64,000 nt of DNA, taken from NCBI GenBank assembly GCA_026026165.1, contig JAPEUD010000065.1:1-64000 (forward strand). Reading direction: 5' to 3'. Source of the DNA: Sarea resinae. Its lineage: Eukaryota. Positions 50,801-63,030 of this stretch are shown here, one piece after another. Position numbers and translations under genes: made by a program. Positions within the stretch are counted from its first letter, which is position 1; each line of letters starts with the position of its first letter. A model generated the notes under the pieces. It saw only the letters and a list, made by a program, of their open reading frames with translations, was not told the DNA's origin and did no database searches.

Positions 50801-51512
50801 ATTGGCGTATTATCTGTCCGAGTTTCGACACATCTTCCAGCTCCTCGAGAGGTACGCTCGTACATATCGATCAGGGAATCTGCCAGGGATCGCCTGTTTG
50901 CCATCTAAACCTTTCTTCCCTCCCCCCTCCCCCGTCCCCCCTCCCCCCCCACCCTCTTTCCCTTGCCCCAAGTTCTCGCATGGCAGCTGCTGGAACCGGC
51001 GAGGCTGCATTCCTTGCAGCCACACTAAGACTAATTAAAGTAACCGCTGCGGAGCTTTTTGGGAGATCCGCCTCCGCGTCCTTTGGGGCAAACTATCGAT
51101 TCCCACCCCAGCTTTCTTACCTGTTGATGATGCCTATGCCACCATGTGTGCGTGAGTCCGCTCTGTTCAGATGATGAGCCAACATTCTCGGTCACCTCTG
51201 CCGCTGCCGTGCTGCCGAGGGCACATCCTACTGCAAGATGGCCTAGGCTCTTTCGACTGAGGTTATTTGACAAAGGTGCCCTTACAGTACTAGGCCTCTG
51301 TCTACGTATCTGATGCCCGGGGATACCTCCGCCCTCACGATCTCTCCTTCCCTGGGTCTGGCTTCCTTGTCCCACGATAGCGCTGTGCTTTCAATATTCG
51401 ATATCCGCAGCAGTTATCGACCGTCTCACGGAACAGCGAGTTCAGCTTTGGTCATCCAGATTCTGCGAGCTGCCTTGGCCCTGGCCTGCCCGCTCCTACT
51501 CTCGCGGCCACC

Positions 51513-54217
51513 ATGGCCGTCCACCTCCAAAATTCATACCAGCAGTCCTTCCCTCCACTTCAGACGACCCGTTCGTACGAGTCGTCTTCAATGTCCTCAA
51601 ATCACTCCCCGCAGGGAAATGTCCCTCATTTAGCAGACCAGTTAGCTACGGGTCCACCAAGCCGACCTTCCAGCGGCTTCAGTACCCCACACCCTCACCA
51701 TCTTTCAATGCCGCCAGGTCCCACGAGTTCGAGCAATTACGTTCATTCATATGAATCAAGCTCAGGGTCGCCAGGTGGGGGGCCATCAGGGTCGCAGGAC
51801 GCAATGATACTCAACGGATCCGCCATTGGGACACCTGGCATGTCGCCTACGCATTTCACGTCGGCAAGCTTGCAGGCACAAAAGAGAGCATACAGGCAAA
51901 GGAGGAAGGATCCGAGCTGTGACGCTTGCCGAGAGCGCAAGGTTAAGGTAAGAAGACGTTCTAGATCTCCTGTCTATACGTGCCTGTAGGCAGTGGCTTA
52001 CTGTGTATAGTGCGATGCGACCGATACGGCAAGCTGCTCGGAATGCTCGAGTCGTAATGTCAAATGCCAATTTACTAAGGAGACGAATCGCCGAATGTCA
52101 TCTATAAAGTACGTTGCCAGCTGGTCTTGAGTCGAATGCAATCTAACGTACGCAAGACAAGTTCAGGACCTTGAGAAACAGCTTGCTCAGGCAAAGCGAC
52201 AGCTGAACCACCTTAACTCGGTCATGAAGGAGAACGGTACTCTGATGGACATTGATTCTGACACTGCTCCACAGCCACAATTGAACTTGCCGGAAGTTGG
52301 ATCACATCCTCAACGTCGACAACGGCCACCAGCCATGATGAATTTCTCTGTCGTGAGATCAAATTTGCGTAATTATGGTCGAGGAATCTTCAAACCTCCA
52401 CCTCCATACCGGCAGGTTGGATCACAACCGTCATACGCCCCTCCTGCACCAGAGCTGCCGCCGAAGGAAGTTTCTGATCATCTAATAAGACAATACTATA
52501 CTACGCTCCACAAGATACTCCCTATTCTACATTGGCCGACTTTCTGTCAGGAATACGAGAGCGTCTACCGATCAGGTTCACTTCAAAATGTTTCTTTAGT
52601 TTGGAGATCGGTATTTTTTGCAGTATTGGCATGCGGCACACTTTATGCTGTGGATCCCTCGATTAGTAGGTCGCGTGAAGGGAGGACATACGTCGAGATA
52701 TCACGCATGTCGACGGATGTATGGTGCGACGAACTGGTCATTGATCATTCGAGGACGACGCTTTTGTTGAGTGTGTTCCTTTTTGAGATGAATCTCAAGT
52801 CTGCAGCATGGATATGGCTGGGAACCAGTCTACGAATTGCCCAGGATATTGGTCTTCATTGTGAAACTGGGCCTTGGCCAGTTGTGGAGGGCGAGATGCG
52901 TAAACGTCTTTGGTGGAGCATTTACGTCTGGGACAGGTTAGTAATGTAGGCATGCGTTCGTGCTGTTTCAGACTAACACTTCTTAGACTTCTCTCTCTCG
53001 AACTCGGACGCCCTCTCCTAATCGATGATCAAGACTGTGATATTGGCTTGCCCTGTCCTGTAGACGATCACTATATCAAAAGTAGTGGAATAAACGTCCC
53101 CCCTGGACCTTTGATCACGCCAAGTCCTTTGTCCGCCATTTTGCCCGTCATGCGCTCTATCGCACCCCTCACCAGAGCCTTAAAAGCGCCCATCATTGCA
53201 TCTGCTACCTTAGACGCTTTAGACATACATTTCGACACTTGCATGTCTGCCTTCCCTCCTCTTTACCATATCAACAATCCAGATTATCTCGAGCCAGCTA
53301 CTCTTCCAGCTATCCTGACTTTGCAGGCCGCACGTTTAGCCATGCATCGGCATAACCTTTCAACATCATGTCCGACCGAGGTGCGGAGAACAGCTCTAGG
53401 TAATTGTGTTTCTATAGCAAAGGACTCGGTCCAGCTGCTCTCTCGGAGCATGCAGTCTTCCCCAGAATCTTCAAGTCCTCGCGGCGATTGGCAGGCCCGT
53501 TTTGCCATTGCTGCCACCAGTGCGGTGTGTACGCACATGTGGCGTTGCTTGTTGTTCCTCTGTTTCTGCAGTGAGTACTCGGCCGCATCACTCTTCGTTC
53601 GCGCCTGCGCTGCCATTGGCGACAGACGCCCAGTCAACATAGCTTGTGGCAGAAACGTAGCGTTCTTTCTCCGATGTCTCTCAGACAAGCTGCAGCGGGG
53701 TGGACGGCATGAGTTGGAAAAGGATGAAGAAATGATGGCTTATGTGAGTGGAGATCTACAGCGTAGCGCAGAGAGCAGCTGGGTCTGGCATGGCAGCGAG
53801 ACGGGAATGGCTCTGAACAGCTCGCGCTTTAGTCCTACTTCAAACCGCAGCCGTCACATGGAAGTGGCTGGCGTTGCGAGCTCTCCAGGTCGTGGTGATA
53901 CCCGCGATAGCAGTAATTGTACCTCACTAACGGAGGATGAGGCCAAAGATTGGGGTGGCTGGGAGGGCGTCGAGTGGACGTTGCAAACGCTCATTAATGA
54001 TGAGCAGCAACGGCACATGCGGCAGCAACAGCAGAGCCATCACCACCAGCACCACCAACACCAAACGGATGATCTCTCCATGACTCCGGCTCCTCCTGCG
54101 AGAGACAACAACATCAATGGCGTATTTATCAAGCCGGTAGCTGGGCCGGGACCGCCTCCAGCTAATCGGGTCAACTCTCGTCCGGCGTCCAGAATCAGCA
54201 TCGCCAGTATCATCTAA
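51513..54217 (+). CDS. Zn(II)2Cys6 transcription factor with a fungal-specific TF domain
   Basis: [53 protein letters not shown] and [22 protein letters not shown], with a poly-Q/H tail. Three introns. Confidence 0.95.
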
Positions 54218-54605
54218 GGGCATCCAAGGGGGCGAAGGAGGCTCATCTCCCTATGCCAAAGGCTGAATCCAAAGATTCAGATGTCAAAGACTTTCTTCTT
54301 TCTCTCTTACAGCGATTCATAACCAGCATTGTATTCGGGACACGAACATCGATTTAGATGTAGCAAAAGGGGGTTTTCCCATCTCAAGGCAGGCCAGTGC
54401 ACGCAGGGCATTCTGGCAATTATCACCATAACTTTCAGAGAGTACTTTTATATCACCCATTATCCATCGCCCGATGCATCCATTTCCTGCATTTCATACA
54501 GACATATTTATATATCCACGACATATTTCCCGGAGGCACTTCTGTTTGGCTTTTGTGTTCTGTTCTCGTCTTCGGTTTGCTTTTCTTTCTCTCTTACTCT
54601 CCAAT

Positions 54606-54609
<4 letters not shown>

Positions 54610-54638
<29 letters not shown>
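54610..54638. repeat. (ATTG)n microsatellite
   Basis: Directly visible, in the convergent 3' region. Confidence 0.9.
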
Positions 54639-54639
<1 letters not shown>

Positions 54640-55269
54640 GCGTTGCCTTCCACTCTGCTTTGTGACATCAAAGGCGCATAGGGGGGCATATACATTCTAT
54701 ACCTTTTGTTCCCTCTCTTTCGTGGGCCACGGGATATATATATAGATAGATAGATACACGATACATGGGGAAAGAAGGGAGCAAGGTGGCGGCCGCTGTG
54801 TTGCATTTGCATTTACGGAAGAAAACAATATTCGTCTTCGTATACACACTGCAGTAAACTCATTCATCACTGTACTGGCCTGATTGATGTAGATGTATCG
54901 TCATGTAAAGGACGGATGATAAGTAGCCCACGGCCGTCGCTCTCGCAAAAGGGCATAAGTGGAGTAGAAGCCTGCCACATTCAGTATTTCAAAACTGCGG
55001 CCGATCAGTGAGTGTGGGTATTACAGATTTCAGATATGCACATTCAAATCTATCATTGCACGACATTGTGACCAAGAGCGCATGTCAAACGTAATAGTGG
55101 TATCTGATTAGAAGAAAAAAGGTTTTCAACATGAGCAGAGCTAAAGCTAGAGGATCATGAAGATTTTCCTCATCGTGACTAGGAAGCAGCAAGCATGCAG
55201 ATCAAGCATCGTGATGCATCCCAGAGTAGAGTAAGCGGCCGTTCAACCATATAGACTTCGTCACCGTAC

Positions 55270-58084
55270 TTAATAGCCACCGCTGTACGCACCACCCGTC
55301 GTCTGGTTAGGTGAAGATGTCTTGTTCAGACCGGTCGAGTCATGGTGACCGCCATGCTCGTGGTAGCCAGGGGCCGAACCGTTGTCGATGCCGCCCGCGC
55401 CAGAGGTACCGTACTTGTCGGGGTTGATAGGAAGACCAGTGTGGGGCTCAATGACCTGACCAGAAGTGCCTGTGGTATTGGTGCTGAACAGAAATGTCAG
55501 TTGAATTTCTTCGGTGAGAATGGGATTGCGGTCGCTGGGGGAGCTCACGTGTTATCAAGACCCTCGCCTTTGGTGTAGCCTGTTGGAGGATCCTTGTGAA
55601 GCTTATTGTGGCCATCGTGAGCGGCAGCTCCAGATCCAACGCCCGTGGCGATTCCCTCGCGCTCCTTGCGGGCGGCTTCTTCTTCCTTCAGGGATTCATC
55701 CGGCTTGTCACGGTGGAAAAGACCCAGGATCCCGCCGTGCTTCTTTCCACCCTTGTCCGCTTTCTCGGCGGCCTTCTCCTCTTTCTTTTCCTCTTTGATC
55801 GCCGCCTTCTCTTCCTTTTTCTCTTCCTTCTCCTCTTTCTTCTCCTCTTTGATCGCCGCCTTCTCTTCCTTTTTTTCTTCCTTCTCGACGGCCTTTTCAT
55901 GCTTCGATTCTTGCTTCTCGGCGCGTTTCAAGTCATGTTTCGACTCTCCTGGGTGTTCATTATGCTTGGAATATTCATGGCCAGCTCCGGCAGTGCCAGC
56001 GGCGAGGCCAGCATCACGACCATAACCATGGCCACTCGTCGTACCCGAAGTAGTACCAGCACTGGCTAGACCAGCATTTCTATCATGGTGATGATGCTCA
56101 CCCTCAAGCCCGGCGACACCAGCTCCCGCAAGGCCAGCGTCTCGGCCATAATGGTGGTCCTTCCCAGTCGTATTTGATGTAGTCCCAGAGCCGTCTAGAC
56201 CGGCGTTCTTGTCATGGCGATGACGTTCACCCTCGAGTCCAGCCACGCCCGCTCCGGCCAGACCAGCGTCTCGGCCGTAATGGTGGTCATTCCCAGTAGT
56301 AGCAGCTCCCGATCGAGGAGTGGAGTCGACGCGAGAGTCAACGCCAGACTTAGAGTACGGGTTATCATATTCGCTCGTTCCAGAAGCAGCCGGGTCATTG
56401 ACACCTGCATGTCGTCCCTTCATTTTCTCGGGGTCGGGTTGTACACGGGGGTCCAAGACGTTCATCACATTAGACTTGTGCTGTCCGATAGTCTTCGAAG
56501 CCGGACCGGTCGAAGTGCTCGGATCGGTTTGACCAGCCTCGTAGCTCCCACCGATGACGGCGGGATCAGCTCTGCCCGCATGGTGGCCATGCGAGGTTTG
56601 ACCAGTCGCTGTGGATGGATCGCGTTGATCGGTATCGTACGCTCCGCCAGCAACACCAGCACCAGCTCCAGTACTAGCAAGGTGTTCGCGGGCGCCATGA
56701 CCACTGCCCACTTCGGGATCCAAGCGGTTGGCAGTGAGAGTGGAATGTGGACCAGAAACGTGATCAGGCACTCCAGTTGGAGCGTCAGTACCATCACCGC
56801 AGGGATCACCGGCATATTTATGTCCATGACCTCCGTGCTCATGCTTCTCAAATGCGCCCAGGGCGCCGGCACCGACAGCGGCGTCACGGCCGACATGGTG
56901 ATCCTTATGATGACCAGCCTGGTGTGATGACGTTGCATCCGGATAAGTTCCAGACCCAGTGCCAAGACCAGAGCCTTCGTTCAGGGCATCCTCTTGACGG
57001 GCATGATGGCCGGCGTGATGGGAATGAGCAGGTGCTGTGGTATTAGCTCCGGAAGTCGTATCTAAGCCACTACCAAGCTGACCGGCATTAGTGGAAGACC
57101 CAAGTTGATGTTGCTGATTGTGGTGGTGGTGGGCAGACTCGGCGCCAATACCTGCGGCAGTACCAGTCGCAGCAACTTCACCAGCACCGTGGGCAGGACG
57201 ATGAGGAAGAGGTTTGTTTGTGTCCGAGCCGACAGTCGGATCAGCGGCGCCACGACCAGGAATTCCAGATTTAACGCTTGTAGTGCTAGCAGTACTGGGA
57301 TAGCCACCATCCGAGAAGGCTCCTGGCATAGAGGACCGAGGGCCAGTGGTACCTGACCCAATTCCGCCAGTCTGGTCTTCGCCAAAGCGCTCGTGCGTAC
57401 CCGGACCTACGCCGGCGTTCTGGCTGCCGAAACCTCGAGAACCATCAAGGTCTGAGTCGACTCTAGGATCTGCCTTGTTGGCAAGCCCAGAAGAGTGAGG
57501 ACCAGCGTTTGTGCTTGAGCTATAGGGCCCTTGCGTGCCTTGAGTGCCGTACTGTTGACCAGTAGTGCCGGTTGTCGATTGCCCTCCCAGCCCACGGGAG
57601 CCGTCAAGGTCTGAGTCGACTCTTGGGTCTGCCTTGTTGGCGAGTCCGGAAGAATGAGGACCAGCATTAGTGTTTGAGCCAATGGGCCCCTGATTGCCGT
57701 ATTGTTGACCAGTAGTACCGGTCGTCGACTGTCCGCCCAGTCCCCGAGAGCCGTCGAGATCTGAGTCAACTCTGGGGTCCGCTTTGTTGGCTACATTAGA
57801 AGAGTGAGGGCCAGCGGTAGTGCTAGAGTTGTTGTAGTCCGAGGTTGTAGACGGATCGGTTCGTGAGTTTCCGAAATGGCTTCCTTCACCAGTCAGAGTA
57901 CCGGTGGTACCGGAGGTGCCAGTAGTACCGGTTGATGTTGATGTCTGACCGGGGTTGCCGTCGCCGTAGAGGACCTCGTTGTCCTGCTTCGCGCCAGGAT
58001 TACTGCGAAGACTGGTTAGCTGGAGTACGCTGTAGAGAGTAAGGTGCTTCTCCAGACTTACAGAAGATTCTTGATCTTCTCCAT
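55270..58084 (-). CDS. Large hydrophilin / fungal dehydrin-like protein with DPR repeats
   Basis: Start MEKIKNL at ATG 58084, then an intron. Three AGPHSS..ANKADPRVDSDLDGSRG repeats plus degenerate DPE/DPR units, HHYGRDAGLAG repeats and KEEKKEEK repeats. Very Gly/Thr/His-rich. Last intron ~55548-55488. Confidence 0.88.
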
Positions 58085-59951
58085 ATTGAATCAAGATGAA
58101 GAGAGAAATGTGGAAGGATTCAACGTTCGGTAAAAGAAGACTTGAAGTACGAAAGATGACGAGAGGTGTTGGGGTATCGTTGAGGATAGAAAAGAGGAAG
58201 AAAGTGGATGAGAAGAAGAGGTTGTGGGTGAGGATAGATATAAGGTGTCAATGAAGTCGGGTGGTGAATTGGTGGAATGGATGAATGAGTGAACTTCCCA
58301 AGGATGACGACGGGAGATGAGGTGATGGTGGCACAGGAAGACGAGACAGGTTTTACGACTGAGCCCACTGAGACGAGTGAGGGGAGAACAGATGGGTGAG
58401 GTGCCAAACGGAGTGAGTCTACCGGTGTCGAATTGAACCTATGGAAGTGATCGTGGCCGTGAAGCTCTAGGGTCTGATGAGATCATGTGGCGTCAGCTGG
58501 GATGGGGGAATCATGAACCGAAAGACGAAAGACGACAGACGGGATTCTCAAACGACCGCAGCCACCATGGGCTAGGAGCTGTAGGAAGCCGCTGCATCGC
58601 TGCATCGCATTCAATGGATTCAATGGATTCAATGGTCTACGCTGTTAGCTCTGGGCTTGGCGAGGTCAATTCAAGGAATCGTGCCAGGTCAGGTACTATG
58701 AGGTAGGTCGGAGGTAATGAGGTGCAATGAGGTGCAATGATCAATCATCGATGGTGCGTCATGGATCGATGGCTGCCTGCTTTTGCTGCTTCCGGTCATG
58801 CAGTCGATGTCTCGGTTCGGACGGGGAGCACTGCAAACATCGTACGAAGGCCAACAATGGAAAGCACTCATTCTTGTTCACGATCGGTTGATTCTTCCAT
58901 GCTTTTCGCCGTCGAAACTTGTTCCATGCAGGTGACCACCACGGGGCACCTCTAGCGGGAGCGCTCTTCAACTTGCAAGCTGAGGTGGTCAGCTCAGGCA
59001 CCTGCAGCCCGAATGGCTACCCCGCAGCACCGCCACACCGCCACACCCTCCTGCCATGAGTACATACTATGAGTACTCCGGAGTAGTATGTCATCCAGAG
59101 AGGGCGCGATTCCCAAGACAGGTAGTCCCTACGTATATCCCCGTCGTTCAGCTACCTAGTACCAGACTACTCCGAGTAGGTCGGGAGATGTGACGATCGG
59201 TGATGACGATCGACCCCGATGGACATCCACAGTACTCGCTCGGCCGTGATGAGAGAGGTACCCGCCAAGCCGAGATCACCAGCTTCAGCCACACCCCTTT
59301 GCCATTGGATGATTGCATGCCCCACCACGGCCTCTCGAAGTTGGAACACAACGAGGTTGAGGTGCATCCCACTGCAGTTGACTACCGAAATAGGTACTTT
59401 GCTCGCTCATCATCACGACATCAAAAGGCTGGCTGGACTCTAGATGGTAGGTAGGGCTGTGGTAGCATCAATTGATCGAATGGGGGAGAATACCTTGTGC
59501 ATTCGCACTTGACAAAAGTCTCATCTTCCACGGCATGTACGAAGTAGACACCAGGCTCAAGCCCATTTGATCTTCTGATCCAGCCCAGTTCGCGATTCGC
59601 CGTGAAATTGAATCTCTCTCGACCCGACTTTCAAATCTGACGCCACGAGCAGTATAGGCTCTGGGCCTCACGTATCCCACATGGATGGAATATCAAAACA
59701 GTAAATAAACCGTACGAAGTACATGCCTGATGTTCGACTTCCCCCAACATACAGCCCCGACCACCCTGAAACATCCCCTACGATTCAATTAGAGCCAGCC
59801 CCTCGACGAATACAAGAAGATTTCGCAGGTTCACCATGTCTGCGTAGAAGCTAGTGGATGTCGGAGTGCATATTCCTTTGCCGTTACCACCCAACCCGTC
59901 CGCACTCATTACCCAACTCTATCTGTCCATCCAGCTCCAGAAGAAAGCGCG

Positions 59952-60362
59952 ATGCCATTCCGAGACCGTCTCCAGCGGGCCCTGCGTCGAACATCAGAGT
60001 CTTCGCCTCCGCCTCCACCACCACCAATCAAAACAGATACGGCGACCTCAAGCTCCCGAAACCCCCTTAAAAAACTAAAATCCTCTCAATCTTCTCGACA
60101 GCATGGTTCCCACGACTCGTTCCCGCCGCCAAAGTATAGCGGGGGCTACAACCCCGCACATCAAGCAAAGCTGCACGCTTTCTCGTGGAACGAAAAGCGC
60201 CGGAGACGGAAGAGTGAGGCTGAGGCGAGCCTCTACACTTATAGTCCGCTCGGGTCGAGGGTCGGGAGTTTGAGGGGAAGGGAAACTGGGATTGCAGTGG
60301 AGGAGCACGAAGGGAACCGGGACGGGGAGGATATGAGGGAGGGGCAAGAGAAGGATCGGTAA
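59952..60362 (+). CDS. Small basic hypothetical protein (136 aa)
   Basis: ATG-initiated ORF with PPPKYSGGYNPAHQAKLHAFSW..RRRKS..YSPLGSR, a pattern I recall from uncharacterised Pezizomycotina proteins (not verified). Confidence 0.65.
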   Translation: MPFRDRLQRALRRTSESSPPPPPPPIKTDTATSSSRNPLKKLKSSQSSRQHGSHDSFPPPKYSGGYNPAHQAKLHAFSWNEKRRRRKSEAEASLYTYSPLGSRVGSLRGRETGIAVEEHEGNRDGEDMREGQEKDR

Positions 60363-60719
60363 TATTGATCGACTTGCGGGTCAAAATTGTTTCGATATCT
60401 GGCTCGGAGGCACCCGACCGCTTGCTTGCCGTCCTCTCGAGACCTAATCACGAGCTCCAAGCGTTGAATGCCTGAAGCTGTCTTAAGGAAAATAAAAATA
60501 TGAGAAGGCGGTATGATCAGCGCCCCAGATCAGTCTATGTGATCGCGCAAGTTATTAAGATATTCTTTCTCACAGGGAGACAATTTGATTAAGATGTTAT
60601 CCAACCATGGGCGTTTTTCGCATCCTTTTGTGTCCCCCCGTCTCTCAATCTAAAAGCATCTTCCTCTTTTCCTGGACCTCTATAGATCCTACCTTTCACA
60701 CAAATCATCGACGGACTAT

Positions 60720-61291
60720 CTACACGTTCCTTTTGGCAGTCGCAGATGTGAGCGGCACCAGTATAGGTGTTGTGCGAGATACCACACTGCACTGCTCTCC
60801 TGCACTTGAACCGTTACCACTGCAAGTATAATTGGCACCCTTTGCAACGTCGGTTTGACCAAAGAATGTTATATCGCCTTCATCGCCGACCCTGTTTCCA
60901 ATGCTCGAATTAGATGGGGACAGTGGGAAAGAAGGTGAGGTGGGGAGACTCACGAGTCATCCTTGTATCTCTTCTCCAATTTCAGAGTAAAGCTTTCCAC
61001 GCTCTTAAAGCTGGCCAGCTCCCACGCGAAAGTGTTGTTTGAGCAGGGAAGATAGGTGCTGGGTGGGCTGGTAGCGGGGAACGAGGAAGAGCACCGCGCA
61101 GATGTGTTGGAATTCGGGTCCATGAAGACGAAGGAGATGGTTGTATTCGTCGAGTTGGCCGTGGAGGCCGGACCTAAGGCCGTGAGAGGGTAGACTTGCC
61201 AGGGATTCTGGGTCACTGTTGTGCTGGTTGGGAGAGCTAGCGATGGTGATAGGAGGACAGCTGCGAGGAGTAGAAAGAGTTGGAGAATCAT
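60720..61291 (-). CDS. Small secreted Cys-containing protein, Alt a 1 (AA1)-like
   Basis: Signal peptide MILQLFLLLAAVLLSPSLA, then W.V..L, ISFVFMDPN...C, PC.N..F.W and FTLKL, with four Cys. One intron at ~60953-60913. Confidence 0.7.
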
Positions 61292-63030
61292 TACTGCTGA
61301 GACTGTGGCGGGCTTCTGGTTCTCTGGGGCGTGATGGATCTTTGCTCGAGATTGAAGATGCCTGGGGACGTTTGACAATCTGAAGCCGAGTGGGACCGGT
61401 CTATCGATTGATATGGGTATATTGAGAGAACGGTGTCCGAATCGTGGAGAGAGAATAGTGGCGTCAAGCCCGTGATCAATATATCTCGCAGGACTAATAG
61501 CGAGTGAATGAGTTGATAACAACAACAATGTAGTCAATACATGGAACGAGCGAACGAATGGACGAAACCGAAAGAGACAAGGAAGCTGCACAACTTGAAT
61601 CTACAATTGTTCGTGAATGAGCGAGCGAAGTGACGTTAAATTAGTAGGATACGAGCAGTGGAGGAGAGAGGAGCAGGAAGGAATGTAAGATGACCGAAGA
61701 CTGATGACTACATCGGACGTAGAAGGGGCTGCCCATCATCGAGCATCCAGCATCCCACATCTTTTATCCTTGGCGCACTACGTTGGGGTGTGCTTGGCTC
61801 TTGACAACAGCGATCTATATTCGTGGAAAGGATTGAATGGATAAGGCATTGATGGTAGAGCGGGTACGGGAGCCTTTGGTCGTTTCGAAAGGAGCTGTCG
61901 ATGTCCGTCGTTGGCCTAGCCCTGGAGGTTGACGCGTTTCAGTCTCAGGGTCCAAGGGGGGCACCGAGGGGCATTGTGGGTCGATGACGGGTCTCGATAC
62001 CTTTGCGTCCACGGACTCTTACGGCCAGGCCGAGGTATCGATATGCCTGAAGGACTTCGGACTTCCCATCCCCACTGTTCTGCCTCGGTACCTCTGTACC
62101 TGCCTAGGTACGAGCGAGACGACCCTGCTAAGACCATCGACAACCGACAACTTCTCCTTTTCGACTCTACAGTCCCAGAATGTACTCCGAGTACGCAGGC
62201 GTTTCTATTAATAATGATCCCTCCTGGCTCTCCTTCTCCTTCCCCTTCTCCTGCTGCTTCTACTCTTCTACGGGAGTAACACGAGGAGACCCGGACAGCA
62301 CAGACAGATACTCTACAGCGTACTCCGGAGTACTGAAGTACAGATGCAGTTGTATGCTGTATGACATCAGATGGGAGATGGGCGGGACAAGGGGAGCCGA
62401 CTCGTGTCCTGTGTCTCTTGATATCATGTACCTCCGTCGGGATACTGCATTGCATGATCATCCTGTCGTTCTTTTGCACCGCCTGCGGTACGTGACTGAA
62501 AGAAGATGGATCTCCATCGATAGAGATATATTTTGATCATTTCATTGGCACCTCCTTCCGCCTTGAGCTCTCATCCTCATCTACGACCATGTAGCCGGCC
62601 GGTGTTGTAGACGTCTCGCGGGCAATTGAACCGGACTAGTATGGCAAAGGACAAATAATGAGCTTATTGCTGCATGTCCGCATCACTCACCAAGGCGCAG
62701 TCGGACCAGCATCAATGATCAGCCGACGGAGTACGCTTATTGTCAATCTTACCAGAGGAGTAAACTGTAGCCGCGCGGGCCCAACTCCAATCGGCAAGCC
62801 AATAAAGACCCTTCTTGACCATCTGAATGCGCGCGCTTCCAGACTGCGAGTAGAAGTAGAGGAGTCCTCGACTGCGGTCAGTAGTGTTCCAATCTGCATG
62901 CAGCATCACATCACGTCCCCACCACGACTGCGACGACACCCGTACAGGCCTCCGCCTCAAAGCCATTCTGGAAGCATACGAATTCCCCAATCCTCTTGCT
63001 GCCTTATAGAGGAGGCTCCGCCAGCCATCG

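Noticed and set aside
57420..57830. Regularly spaced direct repeats resembling a CRISPR array
   Set aside because: They are coding DPR repeats with synonymous variation inside a eukaryotic gene, and there are no cas genes.
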